A DNA stretch of 64,000 nucleotides, taken from NCBI GenBank assembly GCA_973895155.1, contig OZ316891.1, forward strand, positions 6,047,708 to 6,111,707, in the 5' to 3' direction. The first letter of the stretch is position 1; each line of letters begins with the position of its first letter. The position numbers were made by a program, and so were the translations under genes. The notes under the pieces are model-generated. The model did no database searches and was not told where the DNA came from. It was given only the letters and a program-made list of their open reading frames with translations. Positions 37,389 to 50,618 of this stretch are shown here, one piece after another. The DNA is from Marsupella aquatica. Its lineage: Eukaryota > Plantae > Marchantiophyta.

Positions 37389-40300
37389 ATGGTATGTGTT
37401 CTTTGCTGCTTTTGGGTTTTTGAGTTTTTCGCTTGCTTCGATTTGAGCTGCCTGCCTGTCGAGAAGAATGCAGGTGTTAGGGTATCGTCTTCGGAGTGTA
37501 TTTCTTCTCTCCGGTGCGAGCTTTAGTTTGGACACGATCCGCTTCATGAGCAGGCAGCTTGAGGCAATGGACACTGAGTGACGTCGAGTAGTTTGGTTGA
37601 TCATGTGTTAGGTTTGATGCGGTTGAGTAACTTAATGATGTGAGACTCTAGTTGTGGGAGGGGGGCAGGAGTCAACGAATGTCTCCGTGGACGAGGGTTG
37701 GGTTTTCATGTAAGCATTGTTTCTCACTTCTGTCTTTCGCCGTTGGCCCGATTGCAGCTTCCTCTATCACTTCTGAAGACAGCTCAGGGGCATCCTATGG
37801 TAAGTCATTCAGCACCAGGATGTGTGTCCCCCGCCCCCGGCAGATTTTGTCCGTAATCTCTGAGCTTGGACAAAGGGAATGAAATTCGAATGATGCTCGT
37901 AGTTTGCGAATGATGGCTTTGGAGGTCTCTGTGTTGTTTTCAATCTGTTTGTGTAACTATTGGGCTCGTCCCAGGAGCTCACGTGTAAGGATATGTGTAT
38001 TAAACTCTCGCAGCTGGTGGAGCTGAAGAATGGAGAAACCTACAATGGGCATTTAGTGAACTGCGACACGTGGATGAATATTCACTTGCGAGAAGTTATT
38101 TGCACCTCTAAGGTACCTTTCCATATGCCTGCAGAACTTTGACCCATGCTTGCTTATAGAGAATGTGACTCTGCAAGTTGGTCTCGTATTCCATGCTAGG
38201 TTTAGGGTTCGATACACCGCCACAAATTAACGAAATAATGCGTAACCTCTAGCCTAAAGTTTGCAGAGCTTTCTTGAATCTGGGCACGCTCTGTGGCTAC
38301 TTCTAGCGTAACCTTAGACGAGGGGAAACTTTGAGCTGTTGAGGATTTCTTGAAGTTGCTGCTACTCTTCTCGTAACACTTTAACAGCCAAAGGTTCATA
38401 CCGCTGGTGGCTTTCGGTGCTTAGCTTATTTAAGCGGTCGCACTGTACCGGAAATAGTGTAGGAGAGGCATCGTAGCACCGAGGTCGGTACCCTCTGCGT
38501 GGAGCCTTAAGCTGGCTCCAAAGTTGCTAAGGTGAGAATTCCTGTTGCAGGATGGAGATCGGTTTTGGAGGATGCCCGAGTGTTATATTCGTGGCAACAC
38601 CATCAAGTATCTTCGTGTTCCAGACGAGGTGCGCCGCCCATTTTCCGACAATTTTACAGTTCTCGAGGTTCCGTTAATGTTTCAACGTCGATTTTAGCTT
38701 TCAATGCACTAACATTATTCACGGTTGTTTTGCAGGTGATCGATAAAGTCCAAGAGGAGACCCATAAGCGCTCTGGTAAGATAGCTATATGTCTTTCTAC
38801 TTCTCCTCCGACGAGACTGGAAGTTTTCAGTCCCAGCATTTCTGTCCGAGATGTAGCGGATTTATTATTCTCCCTGATTGGTTAATGGGTATCCTTGTGA
38901 ACGTCTGTCAGATCATCGCATACGCACTCTACTTGTCTCTATGTGCGGACTTTGCTGCTGCTGTTCTTCTTGACTGGTTTTCTTGCCTGAACATCTATTT
39001 GTGTTACCGAGTAGATCATACATTGGTCTTGTCTTAGTATGTTGCGGAACTTATTGCTCTGTGGGTACCTCGTGGAAGTGTGTTTTGCCGAGTTAAGAAG
39101 TACGTCTGATGTTTCCTACAGAGTATGGAACCTGCGTGGAGAGTTGGTACCTCTTTTGTCTGTGTCTCAAGAAGCTCCATACAGAGTAGGACGTGCCTTT
39201 TACTTCGTGTGACCGATTGCTTTTCTTGCCATTTTTTTACCTAAACCCCTATGACTTCATCTAGCCTTTCCTTGGGAGTGCTGGAATCTGGAAGTAAATT
39301 TGTGGTTTCCTGCCCGTTGTGATGGAACTCGAGTGGAGAAGTGGTAGCTACCTCCTCTGCCTCTCCTCATAAGTTCCACACATTAAAATTATGTCACTTA
39401 TTCTCCGTGTAGGATTGTTTTCAATACATTCTCTACCTCGCTGTTGGCATACATCCTAGAGCTTTTGCCTGATTTCATTACTATCAATGTCTGACAGACT
39501 TCGTGTGTTAAGGTCTTCGCGTTTGTTCTACTGGGTTTTGTGTGCTTCAATAACCGGCAATCCTTGATTTGAATCTAAAGGTCTTGATTGACGATCAGGA
39601 CCTCATCGGGAACTCGAGTGGAGAAGTAGTAGTATCTCCTCTGCCTCTCCTCATAAGTTCCGCACAGCAAGACATGTCACTTATTCTCCGTGTGGGATTG
39701 TTTTCAATACTCTCTTTACCTCGACAGTGGGCATACATTATTAAGCTCCTTGAAGTTCCTATCCAGTTTTATGGACCTTTTTGTGAAAAGCTCTGACATC
39801 CGTGTGTGTCTCGTTTCTTCTACTTTCTTTCCGTTCGCTTGGTTTTGATACGCCATTGCTTTCGGATACACAAATATGTCTGCAATAATGGGGTGACCAA
39901 TGTTGTAGCTGGTCAACCCCCCGCCCCCCGGACTTTCTTTGTGGAAAGATGTCTCCAACACTGTCTTCGCTTCTCAGTTAGGTGCATTTTCCAAGTGGCC
40001 TTTATTTATGACTTATTCTCCCACAGTAAGTATTTCATTCTTGATGTTTGTTGTATCTTGGAACGTGGCATCAATATCATAATGTAGGTGAAGACCGGTT
40101 TCCTCATGAAGTTTCTATCCTCTCATGTATCTTTTCAGATCGTCGGCCTGGAACTGGAAGTCGTGGTCGTGGACGTGGAAGAGGAGAAGATGGAGGTGGA
40201 CGAGGTGGTGGCAGAGGTCGTGGTGGTGGTGGTGGCTACCAAGAAGAAGGTCCAGATAGGAATGGCAGGGGAGGTTCTCGTGGCGGCGCAGCTCGTGGAT

Positions 40301-40468
40301 CTGGGAGGAGTGGCGGAGGTGGGAGAGGTGTGTATATCGATGTCAGTTTGCTCTTGGCTTATATTCTTGGCTTTGTATTCTTGGGCGAATCAAGTTGTGC
40401 TAAGAAAATAGCAGGGTCCTGGATCTAACAGCTTTTTCGTGGGTGCAGGCAATCGTGGGCGAGGATAA
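37389..40468 (+). CDS. LSM4: Sm-like protein LSM4 (U6 snRNP / decapping complex), 7 coding exons
   Basis: Exons 37389-37391, 37758-37799, 38014-38112, 38551-38628, 38736-38775, 40139-40327 and 40449-40468, all with GT-AG introns. Protein [82 protein letters not shown] plus an RGG-rich tail. Confidence 0.96.
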
Positions 40469-43400
40469 CTCAACCGTGTTTGCTATTAAGATCGATTATA
40501 TATATGGTCTTTCCGGTAAGGCTGGCGGTCAACAGATTTTCATAGTCGAGAGGTTCTTCCTCTCGAGTTAGATATGCTTGGTTAATTTTTGATACCAAGT
40601 GGACAGAGTTCTGGCAGTTCGGTGATTAGTTGTCTCGTTCTTGGTTAAGGGGTTCTTCCTCTTAGCAAGGAAACATGCACTTGGTTAGATTTTTTACACC
40701 AAGGGAATTGGGTCGATGATCCCAAGTGACCGACTGATTTGCTGGCCTTGTTTGTCTACTGCGAAGAGGACCTTGAAACAGCAGCAAAGTAGTCTAAATT
40801 CCGTTCTCTATATCATCCATTTTAATATGGTATGGAGGAACTGACCTCGATGATCGTTTCTTTCTCCAGTTAATCTTCTAAGAGAATCTGTTAGAACTAT
40901 AGAGGACGAAGACGAGTTTTTTTCAAGTTCCTTGTCTCGTCCTACTATGTCAAAAAGGTTTGGTGAGTAGACTTGTTTTTTATTTTCTTGTCTGCTCCAA
41001 TAGTACTTGGAAGGCTGGACTGGAGTAAGGAGATAGGGTAAATTCCTTGGCTTATACTTTCGCTTAGATTAACTACCTTGTACTATTTGTACGTACCATA
41101 GAAATGTAATTATGCACTACAGAATTTTTGGAAACTTACAGGATTTTGATTTTGGGAATTCGTTTTTTTCATGTGTCACCTGTACTAGGGCTAGCTGTTG
41201 CCCTAGTACTGAAGACTTTTCTTGGGTGAGTTTTGCTAAATTTATGCGCTCATTGCTGAGGTGAATCAAATGCAGTGACATTAGAGTAGTGGATTAGCAG
41301 CTTTGAGCCTTGAGGGCTCAAGGACAATTGTTTGTTGTTTGTTGAACGTTTGTTTCATGGATCTTTAGAGCTCTCATCTCCGCAACATCCAGGAGGCTTG
41401 AAGCTACTTTGATTGCAAGCTGTGCGCCCCTTTGTGGAAGGAAAGCAGACATTAGAATGCTAAGCTAAGCGGTGATGCATGAAAGGAGCGCTTCGCCAAA
41501 GTCAGCATCAGTAGCCGTATACTTCTTATCACTTGGTGTAGTCACCAACATCCTGGCTTTGATCAACTTCCCAGCATCTCAAGCCCAATATATCACCAGT
41601 AGATTGTCATTGAACTTTTCCTTCTTTGGCTAACTGTATCCTCCACGAGGGTACGAGCCAGTTGAGTCACTGGACTTCCCCAGATGGCTAAATTTCCGGT
41701 CAATAGGCGAATTCTACGAGAATATCTCCCGTATTTACATGGCCTACTACTTTTCGCACCTTCTGCTCAGGACCTCCAGATTAGGCACCTTCCCTTCAAC
41801 ACGTTGCCGAATGTCTTGTTCAGATTGGTAACCTTCCGCGACCATGTAGCCGACTGTCAGATCCCTATCTTCAAATTGTAATCCAAGTAAAGAAGTTGGC
41901 CCACGGTGAAGGTTCACCCCATGCAATCAACTACAGTTATCACTAGGAAGGAAGGACAGGTTGGAAGGAACCAAATCTCAAACTAGACGATGAATCACAT
42001 CTGAAATTAATTCGAGTGGAAGTTAATGTTTGGCCCCATTCCCTTGTCATGCAAACGATTCTCTAGAGGAACAGTAACTCATCCCTCTCTCACGCAAACG
42101 ATTCTCAGTGAACAAGCTAATTGATGGTTCCTTCTGTATCAAAGCTGACGTGCCTCCACATCGTTTCCGAGCATGGTGAGGGCTCTAGGAAAGAAAGTGC
42201 ATGGCCGCAGGGAAGAGTAGAGGATTGAGAACTCGTGTTGTCCCTGCGAAAACAGTGGGCCATCATAGACAGCACTTGAGCAATAGAAAGTCCACTAGCA
42301 TTCTTTGGTTTAAGTACTCGTACAATTATTTCAACTGCTCTGTTTTTCTTCAATTTTTTCTCCCCGGACAGCTGGTTCGATTTCTGGGGGGCGCATCAAT
42401 ATTGAAAAGCACGCACGACGCAGATGAAGACGTCACTACACCAGTTTGTAGTCTTGCAGAAGTCTTTCGTTTTGCGGAAGTGTTGCAGATAGCGGATTGA
42501 CTGAAATTGATTGGTGCTGACGGCCCAACACAGATTGCAGACAGGTAGCAGCAAAGATATCCTAGTGTTGGATAATATCCCAAGACTCAAACAGATGACA
42601 ATGCCATTCATTCTACATCAAGCATTATTGTCAGACACAGGGCAGAAAAACATTTTCTGAATGACCAATCTAATTCATCGAGACTTAAATCCAAATGCGG
42701 ATGCACCTCCACTTCCTCCACAGCCCAGTAGAGGAGTCCACACAAATAAAAAATCATTTGTGTGCTTGTGTTGTGCCGAGCGTACTTTTACTCTGCAAGA
42801 TCGCACCAGCTATGTCCATCCACACAAGTGATCCGGCTGTGGGAAGACTAGATCGCACACCTCCATTAAATCCCACAGCGAAGATCCAGCTGAAGGTTGT
42901 GTTTTGGAGGATTGTGTGTGTGCAGATATATATCATCTGGCCACAAGCATTTCACCCTCTATAGATGATCTACTAGCCCATCATTGCGTAATTGAGGTTG
43001 CCGCTCCTCGATTTGCAGGCACAACTGGACTGGGTTGAAATCTTGTTGAAATTTTAGGCTAGACTATACAATCCGAATCGAGAGCTTGAGAATCGACAAG
43101 CAAGCAAGAATTCAGTACTAGTCTGGATGGGTTTCAAAATTTGTACTCGCGACGGGAATTTCCGGATAGATAAAATTCATCTTGATCTTTTCCATGGTAT
43201 CCAGTATGGTACAAAGATCGTTGCCTTGCACTTCTTTTAGTCGACTAACTAGGTAATATTCTGTGCTCTGTCAGCTGCACAAGATTCTACAGATTGGTAG
43301 CTACGTTGAAAAGTGTTACAGAAAGACTTGTGATGATCCAATCTCAGTTGTGCAATTTATTAAATCTCAAAACAAGGGGACTCAAAGGTGACACTTTTTA

Positions 43401-44094
43401 CAGTCCACTAGCCTGAGTAAATAGAGAATGACACAAAAACAAATCTTGTAAAGCAAAGATGCTCTTGTTTATCGCTTGCCTCATCCCTCTCTGTTTTTCA
43501 CCCTCACTTCTACATTATCTTTATTGAGGTCAGTCATAGTTTTTCCATAATATAGGGTCAATGCCACTTTGGTTAATATTTGCTCCCATTCCTTTTTCTT
43601 TGGGTCCATCCTCACTTTTCAGTTTTGTCATAGTGAGAGTTATCCTTTAGAGCTAAAGGCTTCACTCTTGACAGTAGCCCTTGAAAGTAGCTTTTTTATT
43701 AGTAAGATAACTCATGGCTTATTGTTACCACCAAACACTCAACAGACCCATTAACTTGTTGGCTGTGACTAAAGCCATCAGCCATGACTATAATAATATA
43801 AAATTAACCAAAGCTCCCATGACCAGAAAAAAATGGGCATAAGGGTGAGGGCAAGAATCTGTGGGGTTGTGAGGGTGTATGTGACCTAATTGCCATTTTT
43901 CCTGCCCCAATGTCGCCTCCTAGAGTTGATCCCGGTTCCATAGTCAAATTCTCCACTTCCGTGGTGTACCCAGGTACACGCCATTGAGTTGGTATGTTGC
44001 AATGAACAGATATATTAACCATCCACTTCATGGTTGATAAGCTTTAGCTGGACACATACATAAACAGCTGGACATTGAGAAACAGGAAGCCTAA

Positions 44095-44469
44095 GAGCAT
44101 CTCCAACCCAATGGGGTTTGCTTACTGGGTACATTAAATACCCAATCTGACATAGTCGTATATTTAGTTCACTGTACCTATCTTTAGGGGCCAACTGGAA
44201 AGCAACCTCAACCCTGACAGTAATTTTCCTAAACAGTAGGTATCAACATCTCACAGCCATAGATTGAGATCTTGAAAACTCAGCAAGGAACCAACAAGGA
44301 GTCAACTAGTGTATAATCTCTCTTGTAATTATCGAGTTACCAAAAAACCTCTTTCCTGAAATCCAGATACTTTCACTGAGTGAGTTGGACCTGACTTTTT
44401 AGATTTTCTTTACAAGATTCAGTCAACACCCAATTACAGTAGCAAAACCCAGTTGGGTTGGAGATGCTC
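44095..44469. mobile_element. Tourist (PIF/Harbinger) MITE
   Basis: TIR GAGCATCTCCAACCCAA...TTGGGTTGGAGATGCTC flanked by a TAA TSD. Confidence 0.9.
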
Positions 44470-47400
44470 TAATGAAAGCTTTGGTCCAAGGTTCTCAAAG
44501 ATTGCCCACTAACTAAGATGAATCCCATACTAGGCATTCTCCTGATTTAGTTGCCTTGCACATTTATTCAGGAGGTTTGTCTTTTCATTGTTGTATTGCA
44601 TACTGTCTGCTGTCATGGTTTTACTGTCTTTGGCATTCATCCTGATCATCCACAAGACAAGAAATGGTTGCCTATTTGTCATGTCATGTCATGTCATGTC
44701 ATGTTGGGCCTTGTGGTTCGTTACTAGCTGTTTGGTTGATGCTCCTTTCTCCCCTGCCTTCAGGATCACTTTGAGGGTTTTTCCTTCCCGGCCAAGGTAG
44801 CCAATGTCACCTAGTGTGAAATAGAAGATGTTAAAAACATTCCTTATTTAGTTCTTAGATTAATTTATGACCCGTAGACTTCCCTGGACTTAAGTGGTGT
44901 GTGGCTAGGAAGCCTGGCAAAGACTTCTTGGTAAGGAACGACCAAACATCAAGTTTGAGTTTGAGCCCAAGAGTGCTGGAATTACTAAGTGATGTGGCAA
45001 GCTACTTATGACTTTCATTAAATTCTTTGAAAAAATCCTCACTCCAGTGACACTCATCTCTGAGTATTTCGTGGAATGTGGCAGGATAATTTATGAGAAT
45101 TGTCAAAATGGAATGAAAAACTTAGAAGAAATCTGGCCAACACTAAAAATATATATAAATCTCAGCTTTCACTCGTCTACAACTAATATGCATTCTCACG
45201 CGCAGAAGTCACTGTGCATTGCTGCACCATATCTACAAGCATCAGGGTATGTTACATGTTTATGTGATTAGACAACAGGCATAAGGGTATGTTCCATGTT
45301 TACGTGATAAAACAATCAAAGCCTGCCTCCAAAAAGAACCATACTACAGCACTCTGCGCCATGCACGCAGTAAACACCGACATATCGGCCTCTCACGGCA
45401 TCCTTTCGGGGCCAGCCGTCATTCCTCATGCGCGAGTGTTGACCGGGCACTGGCCACGTCTAACCACGGTACACGCAGGGTGGGACCCAACTCAACCGTA
45501 GTCTACTGCTCGCAGACCACGGTTCGGATCAAGGGCCCGCGACGATTGATGGATCGCTAACTGAATTATAGCCGTCGATGGGTCAGGCAGAGGAGGGACT
45601 TGCCCGAAGGTAGAAAGCGCTCAAAGTAGTCTGACTTCACGCGCTCCGGCAGCGACTCGCAGGTCCGGCGGATCGGCGCGACTACCTACCTACGGTAAAA
45701 ATGGCAGGACCGTGCGTCGCCGGTAAAGACCTTTTCGCGACCTTTTTGGTCGCACTGTAGTGGTCGATCGTCCTCTCTCAGGCGGCCCTAATCTGCCGGT
45801 CCTTATCCCGCGGACCGTACCCTCCGTACCTCCACGTCAAAGCTGTCCGCAGGTACAGTGCAGCATAGTATAGAGCTGTACGTGTCGTAGTTAGTACGTA
45901 TGAAAAGCTCGTGTGTGAGTCGAATACTGGATTTCTGAGTACAAGACTGTACTCCTGATACCATTCACGCACGTCGCTTACACCTTGGTGATGATTGCTT
46001 CGACCCTTTTCACATGTAATTACATTCAATGGGTTGGGAGTGTGCCCCTAATAAGTACTTGTATGACCTTCACATCGTTGTAGCCACGCCTGCTATGATC
46101 AATGCTGTTGGTTTGTTTGTTTGTTTTTTGTCTTGAAACGAACTTATTTTACAAACTATTCCCCGATTTTTGTTCTTTTTGGAATCTATATTAAAAATTT
46201 GGCCATTACCGTTGGTAGGGTGAAACCATAGATTATAATTTATCTTCTAGCACAACATTTAGATATTTAGATTATGCAAGAGTGGGAACAGACATGTGGA
46301 GTCTGGGGATGGGAGCACTGCTGTGCATGAGCACAATATTGGAGCTTTGTGTATTATTATGGATTGTTTCTGGATTGAATCTACAACTATTAGAGGAATT
46401 TGGGTATAGCTTGTGACCTCTTTTTGCACTGGCATTTACTTACGAAGATGACCAAGTCTCAATGCCCAAGCTTTGCTCCAAAATAGTATGTGAAAATCAC
46501 ATTGCTTGTTAGTGCAGAAGTCAAGGTACCCCCCTGGTCACACCTCTTCTATGGTTAGGTCCACTCTTCCATGTTTATGTTATTACTCATTCACACTTGT
46601 GTAGATGATGAAAGAACCCATCAGAAAAAAAGGATTTTGTGACTTGAACCCGGATTTTTAACCTGTAAGGTTGTCTTTGGAGAGAGTATAAACGTACTTG
46701 TTAACTTTATGGCCAGGATTTTAAATGGACCCTTACCATTGTGATAACTGTAAGCTGAGATTGAAATGCTTGACTAGCTACCCACCTTCGTTGAATAGAA
46801 TGGCCCCTTTGCTTGCAACCTAACTTAAGAAGAAAACGTAAACGATGTCTGATGCTTCATGATTGTATCAAAGGAAAACGGAGAGTCCAGACCAGTAAAT
46901 ATGTGTACAGCACACGTCTTAACTTTTGGAAATATAATGACAGGTCTCACTTTGAAATGTCATGTATATATGCTGTTGTAGCGCTTTATAACGTGCATAC
47001 AGTATTTGGACCATCATATAATTGCCAGTGAGTAGCTTCACCATTCATTTATGTGTCATGATGTACACAACTTACGAACTAAAGGAGCAGAGAACTTGCT
47101 CCAACTTGCAATGACAATTTTCGTCTTTTTGCGTGTAACTATAGTTATTACCGTTACCTAATAAAACAATATGCGTGTCCAAGTTCGTGAGCGGGGATGA
47201 AGTGTTAAACTCCATATCAATGTTCCTAAATTGATGGGAACTTGGTTTACTCCCTGGGAGCAACTCATTGGAAATAGTAATCACAGCAAGGAGAGATCCT
47301 CACATTGTTGCATTGCATTCAATTTTTTTAAATTTAAGATAAACAAATGGGCATGCTACCAACTTTGTAAATTTCTAAATGTTAAGGTAGGACAATTACT

Positions 47401-49270
47401 TGCTATGAAAATTGATATTCTTTCATGAGCTTTGTGAAGCCATTGGAAATGAGTTCTCATGGACAATGGTTCCAACTTGACCATTTTAACAAATGAACTC
47501 TATATCACTCCACTCAAGACCGGGTGAAAAGGCCCCCATCTATTATCAATCGAGTATCTTGCCCATTATGAGAATAAAAGTGTTTTGCACAGTATGGACA
47601 TCTGGGTTCTCAACAAACCACCGTTTGTTCTACCAATTGAACATTATTTTCTCAGGGTCCAGGCCCACTTTGTTATCTAAATTTATCTCCTGTAATTGCA
47701 GTATTTTTCTCATTGCGGCAAGCTTTTGTTTCCCTCCTTGACTCACAAAATATTGGGAGCTAGTCTCTTTCTTCCGAAACAGAAAAGTACTTGATTCTTC
47801 TCCCTTTTTAGATGAGGACATTTGGTTTAGTGGATTCTTTTCAATGAAGGTGACAGCACTCTGACTGATTGTATTCAAAGGTAGTTGCTGCGGAAACCAG
47901 CAGGACAAAGGGACAAAACCAAAATGAGGGCCAGAAAAGCTTTTGAGACTCAAGCCAGAGTAGCCCCCTGACGCCAAAGGAAACCCCTTAATTGGACTCT
48001 AAGGTTAAACCTTGGCCTAAGAATGAGCCATTGTCAGCCAACTGCACTCTTCACCAGAATTGGTAGTATCTCTGAAAAAGGGTTTGTCAGTAATTAACAT
48101 TCGTATCTCTATTTGGGGGTAGGGCCACCTTCAGCAGAAAATAACTCTATTGGGGTGGGTGTTCTTGGGTTACAATTTAATGACAAATATGTTGAGAGGT
48201 GGAGATAATTCTTAGGAGAGAAAATGTCAAGTACACCAAAAATCAAGGTTCATCCATTTATGGGGGTTTACTAATACCTCCCTAGGTATACATGTAGTGG
48301 TAGTTATAGTAACTACCTTAATCCCCTAACTACTTAGGGTTGGATGTTGGCCCAACCTATGGGTTACAACACTCCCCCTTGGTTGTTTTTCATAGATAAT
48401 GCAACCACACTAGGGTTAACATCTAACTGTAAATGATAGATCAATGTAGTACATGGTATCCATTGGTGTGGTCTCATTAAAACCCTCCTGTTTTCTTCTA
48501 AGGGAAAGAATGTCACCACCAATGTTACATTTATAGTCATTTTGGATATGTTTCAAGGGGGGTGGAAATATAGATCTAAAATTTGGTCTTAAATATATTG
48601 GTCCCCTATTGGGAGTAAGTAACATATGAATTCTTAATGTGGGGAAGTTTGAGGCTTGAAGCATGAAGAGACTTGAATTTTGGGTTTTCATTTCTGATTG
48701 GTCCTACATTCTTCCTTCACATGGGAGTCTTCATTTGTGTTCTTCATTAGATCTCAAGTTTTCCTTCATGGTGTTTATCATCAGATGTGCATTTTATGCA
48801 GCCAACTTGCATACGTTAGTCTTCCATCATTTTTGGTGGTATTTTATTGCCTTTAGTTTCCCTTTTGGATCCATATATGTGGAAATCATTTTTCCCATAT
48901 GATATAAATAGTTGGCCAACATATATACATGTCATGTTCATAAGTAGTATTGGCAAAGCCATGGTGGCGTTAGGGATTTTCAAACACTTCCATCAAATGC
49001 TTTGCAAATCTCAAGGATAATTTCTCTTCTCTCCACTTATCTTATTTGTTTTTACAAAGTATTTTTCATGATTGGTCATCATCAGTATTTCATGTGCTCA
49101 GAGCACTTGTGCACTTCATTTCAAAGCATGTGCTAAAGGCACTTCCTCATTTGATATCATTTGCAAAATGGAGCTCAAATAATCCAATGGATGTGTATGA
49201 GGAGGGTGTACTTCTCTCCCCATCAAATCTCAAATTCTCATTTGTATGCACACTCTTCACCCATGACTAG

Positions 49271-49852
49271 AGAAATATACACATACTTTTTACAGAAAAA
49301 GGCCAAATAGAGTACAAAAGAATAAACAAGAGAGGTCCCAAGTGGACAAAACCAAACGCAAAAGAAGTGAGCAAAAGGAAACCCTAAAAACCAAGAAAGA
49401 GGAACTAAAAGAAGTGAGCAAAAGGAAACCCCTAAAAACCAAGAAAAAGGAACTAAAACTATCGCAAATGGACCGAGGTCCTCATCATACCTAGCAAATG
49501 TGGCAACAAGCTAGTGGTCTACATCAAGTGTCGAAACTAGATCGGCAAGTGGGACAGGAATGTCCTCTAGGGGGGCTAGCCGCTGCGGAGTCACACTAGC
49601 ACCCACTGTCAGAGATCGACGATAGACGGCCTGAGCTTGAGCATGCTGTAAGGTGACTGAAATGCGTTGGCGAAAGTACGTGGTCAAAACAAATAGCGGG
49701 GGCCCGGTGGGACCCATCTGGCCGTGAATATCCCGAGCAGCTTGGCGAAGAAGCCCGTCGAACGGATGATGGAGACGCCCAAATATCTCAAGAGCAAGGG
49801 GCAGGAAGCTATCAGATGAAGCTTGTGCAGCATATTTGGCCTCCTTCGTTGT
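49271..49852 (-). mobile_element. 5'-truncated non-LTR retrotransposon (restriction-like-endonuclease class, CRE-like), 3' end
   Basis: ORF KEAKY...FLPLALEIFGRL...RQRISVTLQ.AQA is typical of the RLE C-terminus. Flanked by the 9-bp direct repeat CATGACTAG at 49262-49270 and 49853-49861. Confidence 0.75.
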
Positions 49853-49907
49853 CATGACTAGGTGTCACGTTATTCTTGGAATTCCAAAATTTAAGTCATG
49901 TCTAAAT

Positions 49908-49910
<3 letters not shown>

Positions 49911-49939
<29 letters not shown>
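49911..49939. repeat. (AG)n microsatellite
   Basis: Seen directly in the sequence. Confidence 0.95.
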
Positions 49940-49942
<3 letters not shown>

Positions 49943-50600
49943 TATATGAGGTTGGCCCCTATATCCTCCATGGTAAGCTTAACAACTATCCCCACTAGAT
50001 ATAGGGGGTGAACCTCTACCTATACTTTGTATTAGCAATTAATATTGTCAGTTCGTATTTGAGTATTTGAATGCCTTAAGGGCTATGTGATTGGGACAAT
50101 ACATTATATATTTTCTCCCCCTCCAATTGAGGCCTAGGGAGTTTTCATTGTCAATCAAGCAAACAAATGATCCTTCCATGTCATGTTTGTTCCTTCTTAT
50201 ATATCTTTCATATTTTGTTTCAAACATTTGCTCTTTTTAATAAGTATGTAATTTATACCATTCAAGCAACTTATACTTCAATCGTGTATTGGTCCACATT
50301 TTACTTCTTGATGTATGGTATATGTGGAAACCAATTGATTGTGTTTTAGCAGTCATTTTTTTCTCATCATTGAGGAAAAAATTAAATTGCTCTTGTTCAT
50401 TGCACGCCATTTTTGTTTACCCCTTTTTTATTTCAACTCATTGAACTGTGAAATAAAGATTCCAATCTCAAATTTATGAAATGTTACATTTTGATTTATA
50501 GGGTATCGGGGTAGATTTTTGATTTCCCATTGATTAGTGGTTAATTACCACCAATTAATTCATTTTGATGACCCAATTAAGGGCTTAATTATGCAATTGC

Positions 50601-50618
50601 AATTTTCTTTTTGTAGTG
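50601..50618 (-). mobile_element. Probable CACTA element terminus
   Basis: The minus strand reads CACTACAAAAAGAAAATT at the edge of a degenerate AT-rich block. I did not find the other end. Confidence 0.45.

Noticed and set aside
41460-43140. Possible decayed gene on the minus strand (for example an F-box-associated-like CGLLYW fragment)
   Set aside because: Stops in the frames I translated and no consistent splice model or recognisable domain by eye; needs TBLASTX.
45280-46030. GC-rich promoter-like island, possible snRNA or snoRNA
   Set aside because: No match to the spliceosomal snRNA sequences I know and no convincing box C/D pair or downstream gene.
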